A DNA stretch of 64,000 nucleotides. It comes from Acidobacteriota bacterium (GTDB taxonomy: Bacteria > Acidobacteriota > Terriglobia > Bryobacterales > Bryobacteraceae). The DNA lies in contig JANXSF010000020.1 in the NCBI GenBank assembly GCA_025352795.1, positions 130,879-194,878 on the forward strand, written 5' to 3'. Shown here one piece after another: positions 27,243 through 37,461 of the stretch. The notes beneath the pieces are model-generated. The model was given only the letters and a program-made list of their open reading frames with translations. It was not told the origin of the DNA and made no database searches. Numbering within the stretch: the first letter of the stretch is position 1; each line of letters begins with the position of its first letter. The translations under genes and the position numbers were made by a program.

Positions 27243-28373
27243 TTAGTCTATTAGTTCAAGATGCAGTTTGGCGCAGTATCCATCGGTCATTCCGGCGATA
27301 TATTCGCAGATCACTTCATGCGGCAAGCGTTGACTTGACTGCATCCGATACGGTTCCGGAAGTCGATCAGGATAGTCGAGGTAGAACTGAAATAGATCGG
27401 CGATCCGCTTAACAGATCGGGTTCGCTCTTCGAGTAATGACGGCGAATAGTAGACGCGCTTTGTCAGGAACGCTTTCAATTCCCCATTGGTAGCCTTGGC
27501 CGGTTCATTGTAGCGAACCAACCTTACCGGATGAAGCCTCACATCCTGCACACTCATCACTCCTGCTTCTATGGAAGCGGTTGCTGTTCCTTCTGCTAAT
27601 CCTGAAACTAACAAATTAATCAGGCTACGTTGGCATTCCAGAAACTGAATGTGAGGCTGGGCTGCCGGGTAATGCATTTGGACCAATTCGAGAATTCGGG
27701 CAAACTCGGGAACAGCTTCGGCAATATCTTCCAGGCGGAACATACCGGCGGAGAAGGCGTCGTCGAGGTCGGCAGTATTGTAGGCGGTCTCATCGGCCAG
27801 GTCGATCAATTGCGCTTCAAGGGGCGGGCGTTGACCGGCCAGATAAGGATCAATTTCTTTGGCCTCGCCGAGTTTGAAATCGCGGGAATGTTTGACCATT
27901 CCTTCGCGGACCTCAAAGGTCAGATTCAAACCAGGAAACAGGGCATAAGCGTGCTCGAAGCTCTCCACAATTTTAAGCGAATGAAGGTTGTGGTTGAACG
28001 ACCCGCCGAAACGCTGCATTTGCCTGTTCAGTTCATCCTCACCGGCATGGGCAAACGGTGGATGTCCAATATCGTGGACCAGGGCCAGGCTTTCGGTTAA
28101 ATCTCCATTGAGTTCCAACGCCGTGGCCAGCGTACGGGCGATTTGAGTTACTTCTAGAGTATGGGTTAAGCGATTTCGAAAATGATCAGAAAGACCGGGG
28201 GCGAAGACTTGCGTCTTGTTTTCTAACCTGCGGAAAGCGCGTGTGTGCAGGATACGGTCGCGATCGCGTTGGAAGGGATTACGATACGGGTGAATCGCTT
28301 CAGGGAAGCGGCGTCCTAGCGATGCTTCCACAGGAAACCTTAACCAGTTAAGGCTTGGCGGACGATTGCCCAT
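27243..28373 (-). CDS. dgt: dGTP triphosphohydrolase-like HD-domain protein
   Basis: FQRDRDRILHTRAFRRLENKTQV, RLTHTLEV and VHDIGHPPFAHAGE motifs. 376 aa. Confidence 0.88.
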   Translation of the reverse strand: MGNRPPSLNWLRFPVEASLGRRFPEAIHPYRNPFQRDRDRILHTRAFRRLENKTQVFAPGLSDHFRNRLTHTLEVTQIARTLATALELNGDLTESLALVHDIGHPPFAHAGEDELNRQMQRFGGSFNHNLHSLKIVESFEHAYALFPGLNLTFEVREGMVKHSRDFKLGEAKEIDPYLAGQRPPLEAQLIDLADETAYNTADLDDAFSAGMFRLEDIAEAVPEFARILELVQMHYPAAQPHIQFLECQRSLINLLVSGLAEGTATASIEAGVMSVQDVRLHPVRLVRYNEPAKATNGELKAFLTKRVYYSPSLLEERTRSVKRIADLFQFYLDYPDRLPEPYRMQSSQRLPHEVICEYIAGMTDGYCAKLHLELID

Positions 28374-28387
28374 GGAAGCCTTCTTAA

Positions 28388-29098
28388 CTATTTCCCTAAT
28401 TCTGCCAGGGTGGAGATGGCGGTTCGGCTGACCAAAGAGCGTTCACTGGACCGCAGAGGTTCCAGAATTTTGCGCGCTTCTTCTGGCTTTGTTTTCCCAA
28501 TGATCCGAGCCCGTTCAATTTGAGCTTGTTCTTTGGAAACCAGCATGCTGGGTGAATCTTCCAATTCTTTTAGCAGCTTTTCGGCATCGGCAGTCTTGTT
28601 TTGAAGGGTGTAGATTTGAGCCAAAGAAAATTTAGCCAGTGAGGAATAATCTTTGCCGGCATTGGCGATTACTTGCTGAAACTGCTTGCCCGCGTCATCC
28701 AGTTTGCCTTGATCGGCGGCAATAACTCCCATATAATAACGGGCCACTTCGCCTTCATCTTTACCGGAATATTTCAGAGCGAGGTTGGAAAATGCTTTGG
28801 TCGCCGCATCGGCCTTGGCCTGTTCGGAAGGAAAGCTTTTCATTCCAGCAGGGGCACTTCCACCGGCCACCACCACCACGCCTTCCTGAATTTTCAGTGC
28901 GTCCATCAGCTCCGCTTGCCGTTCGGTATGGGTCTTATCCATATAGAAATAGCCACCCAAGCCAATGATCAAAATTGCAGCAGCAATGCCGCCATAAAGC
29001 GCAAACTGGGACTTATGCCCTGCTGCGTATTCAACCGAATGCTGCACTTCTTCAGCAAAGCGGTCATGTTTTAATTCTTTACGATCCAGTTTTTCCAC
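28388..29098 (-). CDS. membrane-anchored TPR protein (YfgM-like)
   Basis: N-terminal KELKHDRFAEEV..., then a single TM helix (ALYGGIAAAILIIGLGGYFY) and TPR-like helices. Confidence 0.65.
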   Translation of the reverse strand: MEKLDRKELKHDRFAEEVQHSVEYAAGHKSQFALYGGIAAAILIIGLGGYFYMDKTHTERQAELMDALKIQEGVVVVAGGSAPAGMKSFPSEQAKADAATKAFSNLALKYSGKDEGEVARYYMGVIAADQGKLDDAGKQFQQVIANAGKDYSSLAKFSLAQIYTLQNKTADAEKLLKELEDSPSMLVSKEQAQIERARIIGKTKPEEARKILEPLRSSERSLVSRTAISTLAELGK

Positions 29099-29163
29099 AA
29101 AAATCCTCTAAGCTAACTAATCTTTCATGATACCATTCGCAGCGGCCTGCACAAATGCTTTTA

Positions 29164-29982
29164 CTATGGCTGCGCTAGCCAGCCAAAGGCTTCCGGGCCA
29201 GTTCCGAATCGTTTCCCTAAACCTTCAATGCGTTCTTTCAACCGTAAATAAATCTCGTTCTGGAACGCGGGTTGATGCCATTGAGAGTATCCCTGATGAT
29301 CACTGATCTTGAATGCTGCATCGCGAGTAGTAGCGCCGTAACGCTTGGTGGACCGATGATGCAGGCCATCGCCAATGACATCATTTTGAGTGGCTTCGAC
29401 CAATGCATCGGCCAGCTCTTCCGGATCGCAAGGGAGGATGGGGGCCAAGGTGGCGTGCACTTCAATGCCAGCGCTGCGAAGTTGACGGATTACACTCAGG
29501 CGTTCCTCAAAGGGAGCACAATGCGGCTCATACAATTTTCGGACGTCATTACGATTGGTGGTAACGGAAAAGCTCACTCGCAGGCGCGTTCTGGCGGCTA
29601 ATCGCAACAGGATCGGAATGTCCCGAAGGATGAGGCGGCCCCTGGTTTGAATCGCGAAGACGCGTGGGGGATTGAGGATCAGCGCTTCCAAAATGCCGGG
29701 CATCGCCTCAGCATCCTTTTCTGCGGGTTGGTAGGGGTCGGTCAACGGCGAACAGTAGATTACTTGATTGGGGCGAAGTTCCTTTGTCAAACGGTTCGCA
29801 GCGTCAGGCTTGAATGTGGTGAACTGGCCCCACCGTTCCCAATCTTCGCGTCGCAGCCCACCGTAGATGCGCATGGTCGGCACATAACAATACGTGCAGC
29901 CAAACGTACAGTTGCGGGCTGGTGTCAGCGAGTGGGTGAAGCCAGCCTCTTTTATGAATCCGCTGGTGGGGGTGAGGATCAT
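29164..29982 (-). CDS. radical SAM protein (COG1533 SplB/DNA-photolyase-like)
   Basis: CTFGCTYCYV (CxxxCxxC) close to the N-terminus. 272 aa. Confidence 0.75.
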   Translation of the reverse strand: MILTPTSGFIKEAGFTHSLTPARNCTFGCTYCYVPTMRIYGGLRREDWERWGQFTTFKPDAANRLTKELRPNQVIYCSPLTDPYQPAEKDAEAMPGILEALILNPPRVFAIQTRGRLILRDIPILLRLAARTRLRVSFSVTTNRNDVRKLYEPHCAPFEERLSVIRQLRSAGIEVHATLAPILPCDPEELADALVEATQNDVIGDGLHHRSTKRYGATTRDAAFKISDHQGYSQWHQPAFQNEIYLRLKERIEGLGKRFGTGPEAFGWLAQP

Positions 29983-30004
29983 TTCAACCAGCTCTGGGAA
30001 AGTT

Positions 30005-31306
30005 TTAAGCCAACCCTTTAACCTTCCAGCCTCGTCGATACTTACGCTTCAAATACTGATTTGCTTCCTGCTTATTGCTGAAATTGAGCTTCGCCGAATC
30101 CCACTCCAGGGTGGTCTTAGGGAATCGTGTCGCCAAACTTCCCAACAAAACCGTCTCGCTCAAAGGACCTGCATAGTCAAAGGAAGTGGACGTCTTGCCA
30201 TTGCCCATTACAGCATCTACAAACTGAAAGTAATGATTGGCCGCCTTGATTTCCAGCGTTTTCACTTCCTGCAATTTGGCCTGGGAGAACAGCTTGGGGA
30301 ACCCTACATGCGGCAACAGCATTACGCCATCTGTTCCTACGATGATGGACCCCTGATCGGGCATTTTCTGATCGCCAATCAATGCCTGAATTTCCATTGG
30401 AGGTCGCTCATCTCCGTCGTACCAGGTGACGTTCACGGTCTTGCCTTCGGTGTATTGGGTACCAGGAAACACATACTTCACAATTGCGTTGATGGCCCAA
30501 TTGGTTGCATTTGGGGCAGGCCCTTCAGCCCGTACTGAAATTGGAGCGGTCAACGCCAATGCGCCAAAAACCGGATCGTAAATGTGGCAACCCATATCGC
30601 CAAATGTTCCAGTGCCGAACTCTAAACGTTTCCGCCAATTCACTAAATGACAGTAATCTTTGATGTAGGGAACCGGGCGGGCCACCCCGATCCATCCGTT
30701 CCAATCGAGCGTCGATGGAACGGCATCTTTGGTAGAAGGCCGGGCATCCATATCGCCCCACTTTTTATTGCTCCAGGCGTGAACTTCTTTTACCTTGCCG
30801 ATGGTCCCGTTCTGCACCAGCGTCACGGCGGTTTTGTATTCTGCCGAAGAATGCACCTGAATCCCCATCTGTGTGACTAACTTTTTGGACTGGGCGAACT
30901 CATTCATCATGCGCGCTTCGCCGACTTTGGAAGCTAGCGGTTTCTGGCAGTAAACATGCAGCCCGCGCTGCATGGCAGCCATCGCTTGCGGGGCGTGCAT
31001 ATGGTCTGGGGTGGCCACGCAAACAGCATCCAAATTCTTGTACTCTTTATCCAGCATCTTGCGCCAATCCTGATAATGTTTGGCGGCAGCGTACTGCTTT
31101 GTTACTTGCTCCAGTCTGGAAGTATCAATCTCGGCTACGGAAATCAAATCCACGGAAGGGTGCGTCGCTATTGGGTGCAACGTAAACCAAGCCATGTTCG
31201 ATGCGCCCATGGACGCCAACCGAACACGTCCACTGGGCGCTGCCGAAATCAGGTTTTTTATAAAAAATGGAGCAACAAGAATTGCCCGCCGGGTGACGTT
31301 TTTCAT
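30005..31306 (-). CDS. Gfo/Idh/MocA family oxidoreductase with Tat-type leader
   Basis: Start trimmed to MKNVTRRAILVAPFF. Rossmann region RLASMGASNMAW..., VCVATPDHMH, EKPL-like QKPLAS. Confidence 0.85.
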   Translation of the reverse strand: MKNVTRRAILVAPFFIKNLISAAPSGRVRLASMGASNMAWFTLHPIATHPSVDLISVAEIDTSRLEQVTKQYAAAKHYQDWRKMLDKEYKNLDAVCVATPDHMHAPQAMAAMQRGLHVYCQKPLASKVGEARMMNEFAQSKKLVTQMGIQVHSSAEYKTAVTLVQNGTIGKVKEVHAWSNKKWGDMDARPSTKDAVPSTLDWNGWIGVARPVPYIKDYCHLVNWRKRLEFGTGTFGDMGCHIYDPVFGALALTAPISVRAEGPAPNATNWAINAIVKYVFPGTQYTEGKTVNVTWYDGDERPPMEIQALIGDQKMPDQGSIIVGTDGVMLLPHVGFPKLFSQAKLQEVKTLEIKAANHYFQFVDAVMGNGKTSTSFDYAGPLSETVLLGSLATRFPKTTLEWDSAKLNFSNKQEANQYLKRKYRRGWKVKGLA

Positions 31307-31314
31307 GGTATTCC

Positions 31315-33420
31315 TTAGGATACTTCTTTCGCCCATTGCGTAAAAGTCTTGCCCTCTTCTGCTAACTTTTTCAGCAACGGAGCTGGCTCCCATAGTTCAC
31401 CGTGCTGCGCTTCAAATTCCTTCGCCCGCCGGTAGACTTCCGGCAGCCCAACCGTATCGGCATAAAACATTGGCCCACCGCGATACACCGGGAAACCATA
31501 GCCCGTAAGGTAAATCACGTCGATGTCCACCGGACGCAGGGCAATCTTTTCTTCCAGAATCCGAGCACCTTCGTTGACCAGTGCGTACAGAGTTCGCTCA
31601 ATAATTTCTTCGTCGGAAATTGTGCGTCGGGCAATGCCAGCGCCTGCCGTCAGCCGTCCGATCAAATCGTCCACAACGGGATCAGGACTGGGCTTTCGCT
31701 TATCGTCATACAAATACCAACCGGCTCCTGTCTTCTGCCCAAAGCGACCCATTTCGCAAAGTTCGTCAGCCACCATTGGCACGCGAAGCCCAGGCTTTTC
31801 CAAATGCTTGAATTCTTTTCGGATGCGCCAGCCCACATCAAGGCCTGCTAAATCACCCATAGCCAGCGGCCCCATGGCCATGCCCCATTGGTAAAGCGCT
31901 GCGTCCACTTGCTGTGGAGTGGCGCCTTCTTCCACCAGGAACTGTGCCTCGCGACCGTAGCAGTGGATCATGCGGTTACCCACAAATCCTCGACAATTGC
32001 CCACCAGCACGCCCACTTTGTTCAGCTTTTTAGCAAGACCCATGGAAGTGGCGATCACGTCTGAACCTGTAGCGGCACCGCGTACGATTTCAAGCAGCCG
32101 CATCACATTGGCGGGGCTGAAATAATGCGTTCCAATCACATCAGCCGGACGCGAAGTCGCCGATGCAATCTCATCAATACTCAATGTGGAAGTGTTCGAT
32201 GCGAGGATGCATCCGGGCTTGGCAATTCCATCTATCGCCGCAAAGATTTCCTTCTTCAGGGCCATGCCCTCGAAGGCAGCTTCAGTGATAATATCGACCT
32301 GATCGAATCCATCGTAAGTCAGTTGCGGAGTGATCAACGCCATGCGCTGCTCCATCACTTCGGCGGAAAAACGTCCTTTTGCTACGGAATTGGAGTAGTT
32401 TTTGCGAATGATGGCCAGGCCACGCTCTAACGCTTCACTGGAGCTTTCCTTCAAAATCACTGGGATACCCGCGTTCACAAAGTTCATAGTAATGCCGCCG
32501 CCCATGGTTCCTGCACCAATCACCGCCGCGCGCTTAATCTCACGAACCGGCGTATCCTTGCCAATGCCCGGTATTTTGGCCACTTCCCGTTCGCCAAAAA
32601 ACGAGTGAATCATGGCCTTGGATTGCGTGCTGAACAAGCACTTTTCAAAGATTTCCCGCTCACGCTGGCAGCCTTCGGCAAAGGGCAGAGTAGTGGCCAA
32701 TTCCACCGCGTCAATGGCTGCCAAAGGTGCCGCCTGATTGCGATGCGTCTTCTTTGCTGTGGCGCGTGCTTCGGCGAAAACAGCAGCATTTCCAGTTGCT
32801 GTACGATCCCTTGGCTTGGGATACGGGCCCCCTTTATCGGCCATTTCATTGGCAAAAGCTACTGCACCGGTTAAAAGATCACCATCGATAATCCGATCCA
32901 AAATCCCCGCAGCCAGGGCGACGTCAGCCTTCACTGGTTCGCCAAAGGCGCACATCTTCGTCGCCAACTCCACGCCAGCTAGCCGAGGCAATCGTTGCGT
33001 TCCAGCCGCCCCAGGGATGATCCCCAGCTTGACTTCAGGCTGGCCCACTAGTGCCGATGGAACTGCCACCCGGTAATGCCCACCCATAGCCACTTCAAGC
33101 CCGCCTCCGAACGCTGTGCCATGAATCGCCACCACCACTGGCTTGGCCGAATCTTCCATGGCCAACATCACTGGAAGCAGGGTTGATTCCCGCTTGGCCC
33201 CACTGGTAATCTTGCCGAACTCCTTGATATCAGCACCCGCGATGAACGTGCGGCCACCGCCAATCAAAACAATGGCCTTCACTTCGGCATCTTCCGCGAA
33301 CTGTTTTAGCCCATCGGCAATCCCTTCAGGAACCCCAGGACTCAACGCATTCACTGGTGGATTGTTCACGGTAATCACACCGACGGAACCTTGTTTGCTG
33401 AAAATAATCAAGTCGCTCAT
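31315..33420 (-). CDS. bifunctional enoyl-CoA hydratase / 3-hydroxyacyl-CoA dehydrogenase (FadB/FadJ-like)
   Basis: 701 aa. N-terminal crotonase fold (NPPVNAL, FIAGADI, GGGLE), then [12 protein letters not shown]-binding and 3HCDH C-terminal repeats. Confidence 0.9.
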   Translation of the reverse strand: MSDLIIFSKQGSVGVITVNNPPVNALSPGVPEGIADGLKQFAEDAEVKAIVLIGGGRTFIAGADIKEFGKITSGAKRESTLLPVMLAMEDSAKPVVVAIHGTAFGGGLEVAMGGHYRVAVPSALVGQPEVKLGIIPGAAGTQRLPRLAGVELATKMCAFGEPVKADVALAAGILDRIIDGDLLTGAVAFANEMADKGGPYPKPRDRTATGNAAVFAEARATAKKTHRNQAAPLAAIDAVELATTLPFAEGCQREREIFEKCLFSTQSKAMIHSFFGEREVAKIPGIGKDTPVREIKRAAVIGAGTMGGGITMNFVNAGIPVILKESSSEALERGLAIIRKNYSNSVAKGRFSAEVMEQRMALITPQLTYDGFDQVDIITEAAFEGMALKKEIFAAIDGIAKPGCILASNTSTLSIDEIASATSRPADVIGTHYFSPANVMRLLEIVRGAATGSDVIATSMGLAKKLNKVGVLVGNCRGFVGNRMIHCYGREAQFLVEEGATPQQVDAALYQWGMAMGPLAMGDLAGLDVGWRIRKEFKHLEKPGLRVPMVADELCEMGRFGQKTGAGWYLYDDKRKPSPDPVVDDLIGRLTAGAGIARRTISDEEIIERTLYALVNEGARILEEKIALRPVDIDVIYLTGYGFPVYRGGPMFYADTVGLPEVYRRAKEFEAQHGELWEPAPLLKKLAEEGKTFTQWAKEVS

Positions 33421-35054
33421 GCTTTTCGTTTCTCCAATTCGCTATCCCGCAGTTCTCTGCGCAAAACTTTTCCAACACTGCTTTTGGGCAACGCAGCAAC
33501 AAATTCCACTTCACTGGGAACTTTAAACTTTGCCAGGTGCCCTTTCAAATATTCCAGGATTTCGGCAACCGAAGCCGCTGCCCCAGGCTTTAACACCACG
33601 AAAGCTTTCACCGCTTCTCCACGATACGGATGCGGAACCCCAATGACACATGCTTCCATAACTTTCGCATGCTTAAAAAGTATTTCTTCCACCTCCAGCG
33701 GAAATACTTTAAGACCGCTAACGATGATCATGTCCTTCACACGTTGGACAATGTAGAAGAAACCATCCTCATCCATTTTCGCAACATCGCCAGTGTGCAT
33801 CCACCCATCGCGCAAAGCATGGGCGGTTTCTTCAGGCTGGTTCCAGTAGCCCTTCATGATCTGCGGACCGCGCACGCACAGTTCCCCTTCCTCACCAATG
33901 CCAACTTCTGTCACATGATCCATCAGATCCACAATCTTGAAGTCCGTGCTGGTAACCGGAATGCCAATGCTGCCGATCTTGCGCTTCGCCAGCAGTGGTG
34001 TGGTGGATGCAGTGCAAGCAGTCTCCGACATTCCAAAACCTTCCCGCAACATCGCTCCACTCATAAGCTCGAACTGTTCTATTACTTCGACGGGTAAAGG
34101 TGCGGAACCACTGTTGAAGTTCTTCACCTTGTGCAGGCCGCAGGTCTTCGCTTCCGGGTGGTTGAGCAGGGCAATAAATAAAGTAGGAACTGCCGGGAAA
34201 AAAGTGGGCGAGTATTGTTTGAAAGCGGCGATCAACATGTTGATGTCGAACTTGGGAATCAGAATGGTCATGGTGCCGTTCCAGGCACTCAACAATAGCC
34301 CAACCACTTGCCCGTAAATATGGAAGTAAGGCAGCACCATCAGCATGCGCTCTTCACCGCGGCGTGTATGATACGAATTCCAAAGTACGTTCTGAATGGT
34401 GTTGGCAAATAGGTTGTAGTGGGTCAACATGGCACCCTTCGGAGTACCTGTGGTCCCGCCGGTGTACTGCAACAAGGCGACATCTTCGGTGGCATTTATC
34501 TGCACCCGAGGCAGTACGCCAACATTACCTTCCGATACCAGTTTGTTCAACAGCAATGGAAAGCCTGTTAACGGTGTTCCATCCAAGGTATATTCGGCTA
34601 ACGATGTGACGATGACATGCGCAACATGAATTTGTGCAGCCTCAGCCAACGGTGCAAGCAGGTCCAGAGTTATTAATGCGCAGATGCCTGCATCCAGCGC
34701 CACCACCGCCAATTCCCGAGCCGTATAGGCAGGGTTGATGTTCGTCGCAATGGCTCCCAGCCGCATCAACGCAAAAAACGTGATGGGATACTGGGGGCAG
34801 TTCGGCAGCATGATGCCGACCCTATCGCCTTGCCGAATGCCCAGTGCGTGCAGGCTGGCCGCCATTCGATCAGCCTGTTCTTTGATCTCTCCAAATGTAA
34901 GCTGCGCTCCAAAGAAGACGGTAGCCGGACGGTCACGATATTGGCTGGCTGCGGTTTGGAGAATCTGGTACAACGACTGCTTGGGGAAATTCGTTGTTGG
35001 CGGAACCCAGAAATCGTAATTGTTCAGCCAAGGTCGACTTGCGTAGACGCTCAT
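33417..35054 (-). CDS. long-chain fatty-acid--CoA ligase (AMP-binding)
   Basis: [21 protein letters not shown] motif, GYGMSE-like GFGMSE, HTGD, SGLKVFP. The stop overlaps the fadB-like start (ATGA). Confidence 0.9.
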   Translation of the reverse strand: MSVYASRPWLNNYDFWVPPTTNFPKQSLYQILQTAASQYRDRPATVFFGAQLTFGEIKEQADRMAASLHALGIRQGDRVGIMLPNCPQYPITFFALMRLGAIATNINPAYTARELAVVALDAGICALITLDLLAPLAEAAQIHVAHVIVTSLAEYTLDGTPLTGFPLLLNKLVSEGNVGVLPRVQINATEDVALLQYTGGTTGTPKGAMLTHYNLFANTIQNVLWNSYHTRRGEERMLMVLPYFHIYGQVVGLLLSAWNGTMTILIPKFDINMLIAAFKQYSPTFFPAVPTLFIALLNHPEAKTCGLHKVKNFNSGSAPLPVEVIEQFELMSGAMLREGFGMSETACTASTTPLLAKRKIGSIGIPVTSTDFKIVDLMDHVTEVGIGEEGELCVRGPQIMKGYWNQPEETAHALRDGWMHTGDVAKMDEDGFFYIVQRVKDMIIVSGLKVFPLEVEEILFKHAKVMEACVIGVPHPYRGEAVKAFVVLKPGAAASVAEILEYLKGHLAKFKVPSEVEFVAALPKSSVGKVLRRELRDSELEKRKA

Positions 35055-35082
35055 TTAACCTGAATCCTGAACTGAGTGGTTT

Positions 35083-35186
35083 CTTGGTTAAAAGACCGCT
35101 CCCTTGCGGTCACGGCTCTGTCACGTTCTGATTCTACCGAGCCGTGACCGCGAGGGAGCGGTTTTTCAAAGGGCTGATACGCTTCG
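35083..35186. repeat. REP doublet (REPIN-like) copy 1
   Basis: GACCGCTCCCTTGCGGTCACGGCTC (35094-35118) and its inverse CCGAGCCGTGACCGCGAGGGAGCGGT (35138-35163) are separated by about 19 nt. About 100 nt are roughly 90 percent identical by eye to 57234-57340. The arms match the REPs flanking the RAYT. Confidence 0.8.
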
Positions 35187-35259
35187 TGATGAAACCTGAA
35201 GCCATCCGATTGCGGGAACACTAAGTGACATTGGGCCATGGATTGAAAGTCGACGCTCA

Positions 35260-36036
35260 TTAAACCGCCGTTCCACCGCCATCCACGGCGATCGTTTGAC
35301 CTGTAATATAGCCGCTAGCTTCGCTGGCCAAAAATACGGCGACGCCCTTTAATTCCCCTGGCAAACCAGCGCGCCGCATCGGAACATTGGCCGTGATGGA
35401 AGGCATCACTTGATCCATAATCTTCTCTGTCATCCGCGATGGGAAGAAGCCCGGAGCAATGGCGTTCACCCGAATATTATGCTGCGCCCACTTCGCCGCC
35501 AGCTCTCTGGTGAGTGCGATTAAGCCACCCTTGGACGCCACATATCCGGCATAGTGCAAGCCTTCAGGCATGCTACCGCGCAACCCGGCGATGGATGCAA
35601 TGTTGATGATGCGCCCAAACTTCTGAGCAATCATATGCTTAGCGCAAGCCTGAGAAAACAGGAACGCACCGGTGAGGTTGGTATCCAAAACTTCATGCCA
35701 CTTATCGAGCGGCATGTCTTCGGCGGGAGCGCCCCAACTCACTCCAGCGTTGTTCACCAGAATGTCGATGTGTCCGAAGTGTTCCAAGGTTTTATCCACT
35801 GCCGCTTTCACTTCGTCGGGACTGGTGATGTCGCAAATAGCCCCTTCGCAATAGAAGCCTTTGCGCTTAAAATCTTTTACGGCAGGGGTAAGCCATTTGT
35901 CTCGTCGAGCGACAAGCATCAGCGAACAACCCGCCTCGGCCAGCCCTTCGGCCATTTCTTCACCCAAGCCTCGCGACCCGCCAGTGACCAGGGCAACTCG
36001 GCCATCTAAATCGTAAACGTCTCGTAGAGATTTCAT
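35260..36036 (-). CDS. SDR family oxidoreductase
   Basis: TGGSRGLG cofactor motif, NNAG, catalytic YVASK. 258 aa. Confidence 0.9.
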   Translation of the reverse strand: MKSLRDVYDLDGRVALVTGGSRGLGEEMAEGLAEAGCSLMLVARRDKWLTPAVKDFKRKGFYCEGAICDITSPDEVKAAVDKTLEHFGHIDILVNNAGVSWGAPAEDMPLDKWHEVLDTNLTGAFLFSQACAKHMIAQKFGRIINIASIAGLRGSMPEGLHYAGYVASKGGLIALTRELAAKWAQHNIRVNAIAPGFFPSRMTEKIMDQVMPSITANVPMRRAGLPGELKGVAVFLASEASGYITGQTIAVDGGGTAV

Positions 36037-36161
36037 TCGTGGATGTTCTTGTGAATCTTATATTGTAGAGCAGTCACGAGTATATCTATTGGGATTGTGT
36101 GATTTTTAAAGATCGAGGTTTTTCTCGGCCCGACCCTATGCCGCACCGTTCCAAGCCGTCT

Positions 36162-36443
36162 TCATTCGGGAACAGTCAACCTTACCCTTGTTAGTCCAGG
36201 CCGATGGAAATCAACCGTAACAAATTTGCTTGCTCCGGCCGGGACTTGCAATTGCGTCTTCTGGCCAGCCACCGCCCCGCCTCCATTGTCGAGTAGTTCA
36301 ACCCTTACGAGTCCCGACCAGTGAGTTTTTGCAGAGTTCGAAATATTGCAGTAATAACGGTATAGCCCACCCTCAACAGCGGGAACCTTCACGATCTCTG
36401 CTCTCAGCCCAAAGGGGGCTGGGTCATCATCGGTCATGGCCAT
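36162..36443 (-). CDS. hypothetical small beta-rich protein (possible 3' part of a frameshifted gene)
   Basis: ATG at 36443 in the 36162-36539 ORF (MAMTDDDPAPFGLRAEIVKV...). It overlaps the end of the small TM ORF by 17 nt. No motif recognised. Confidence 0.35.
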   Translation of the reverse strand: MAMTDDDPAPFGLRAEIVKVPAVEGGLYRYYCNISNSAKTHWSGLVRVELLDNGGGAVAGQKTQLQVPAGASKFVTVDFHRPGLTRVRLTVPE

Positions 36444-36594
36444 CTGGCTCACCGGAGTGTGCTTTTTCGGCGGCCTGCGGCTGTTGAGGCTGTACGAAAA
36501 CGCCAGTCCTGGCATTCCAGTAATACACCGCCGCCCCAATAAATAATGCGGCTAAAATGAAGTGCTCAGCCTTGACCTTGGTTCCGCTTTCCAT
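36427..36594 (-). CDS. small single-pass membrane ORF (55 aa), not in the supplied ORF track
   Basis: Hand translation gives MESGTKVKAEHFILAALFIGAAVYYWNARTGVFVQPQQPQAAEKAHSGEPDGHDR. It is preceded by GGAGGA 3 nt upstream of the ATG at 36594 (GGAGGAGTCATG) and has one clear TM helix. Confidence 0.35.
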   Translation of the reverse strand: MESGTKVKAEHFILAALFIGAAVYYWNARTGVFVQPQQPQAAEKAHSGEPDGHDR

Positions 36595-36658
36595 GACTCC
36601 TCCATCTCAGCCTATCCCGCATCAGTCTGCATCCTAGTCAAAGTACAACCGAATTGGC

Positions 36659-36952
36659 TCACACCTTCGACCCGGGCTCAAATTCACTCTCTACTTGTTC
36701 GGCAAACGCCTCTTCTTCAGCTAGATCAGCTTCGATTTCCTCGACATTCGCGTGATAATAGCTGAGGGCTGCGTGCACTTGGGCGAGACTGATATGACCA
36801 TACTGGGAGGCGATTTCTTCTGGAGTAAAGCCCATCTTGTACCATCCCACAACCCGCATTACGGTTACACCGGTTCTGGCAATCTTGGGTCGTGCCCCCC
36901 GTACCTTCGGATCACTGTCGATCAGACTTCCAATCTCGACTGTGGCAATCAT
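36659..36952 (-). CDS. DUF433 domain-containing protein (antitoxin-like HTH)
   Basis: VRGARPKIARTGVTVMRVVGWYKMGFTPEEIASQYGHISLAQVHAALSYYHAN matches the DUF433 consensus shape. Confidence 0.8.
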   Translation of the reverse strand: MIATVEIGSLIDSDPKVRGARPKIARTGVTVMRVVGWYKMGFTPEEIASQYGHISLAQVHAALSYYHANVEEIEADLAEEEAFAEQVESEFEPGSKV

Positions 36953-36981
36953 GCTTCGATTATAGACAGAATTCTTGTCCG

Positions 36982-37461
36982 TCAGACTTCTAAGCCACGG
37001 GCTCGAATATATGTGAAGTTGAGCACGGGAATCTTGTCATAACTTAAGAACCGATATAAATCCAAGTCATCTGTGAACACAGAACAACCCCTTCTCCGCG
37101 CCGCAACACAAATTGCTGCATCGGAAAGTCCAAGTTTGTTGTAAAGAGGGTCGTCGGCCGCTTGCGAGCTTGGTATCCCCACTTCTTCAAGTAGCAAGAT
37201 AGTTTCTTTGACCACGCGTCGGGCTTCTAGCCTCTCGGGGCCCGGGAGATCAGTGAGGTTGCTGACTTCAGCCATGACATGCGCGACTGTATAGAGGGGT
37301 TGGAATTCTTTCAGTACATCAATCAATAAGTCGTAATCCGCAATAGTGTATTGTCTAGTTCTCTTGAAAGTTTCGATCCGAAAGCGGTTCACCCTACCTA
37401 CGGCATAGAGCACTAAAAGATTCGTGTCAACCAATAGCCCGGCAGCTATCCCTGCATTCAT
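36982..37461 (-). CDS. PIN-like domain protein (putative ribonuclease toxin)
   Basis: 159 aa. Acidic residues in PIN order: LLVDTNLL (D12), MAEVSNL (E65), GLSDAAI (D114), VFTDDLD (D131/D132). The start overlaps the upstream ORF's stop (ATGA). Confidence 0.65.
   Translation of the reverse strand: MNAGIAAGLLVDTNLLVLYAVGRVNRFRIETFKRTRQYTIADYDLLIDVLKEFQPLYTVAHVMAEVSNLTDLPGPERLEARRVVKETILLLEEVGIPSSQAADDPLYNKLGLSDAAICVAARRRGCSVFTDDLDLYRFLSYDKIPVLNFTYIRARGLEV

Noticed and set aside
29894-30538. 214-aa plus-strand ORF
   Set aside because: It spans the junction of two well-supported minus-strand genes (radical SAM and Gfo/Idh/MocA) in antisense.
35051-35260. 69-aa minus-strand ORF between the SDR and acyl-CoA ligase genes
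   Set aside because: It reads straight through the REP doublet, and the same repeat at 57234-57340 is non-coding. This is an artefact of the palindromic element.
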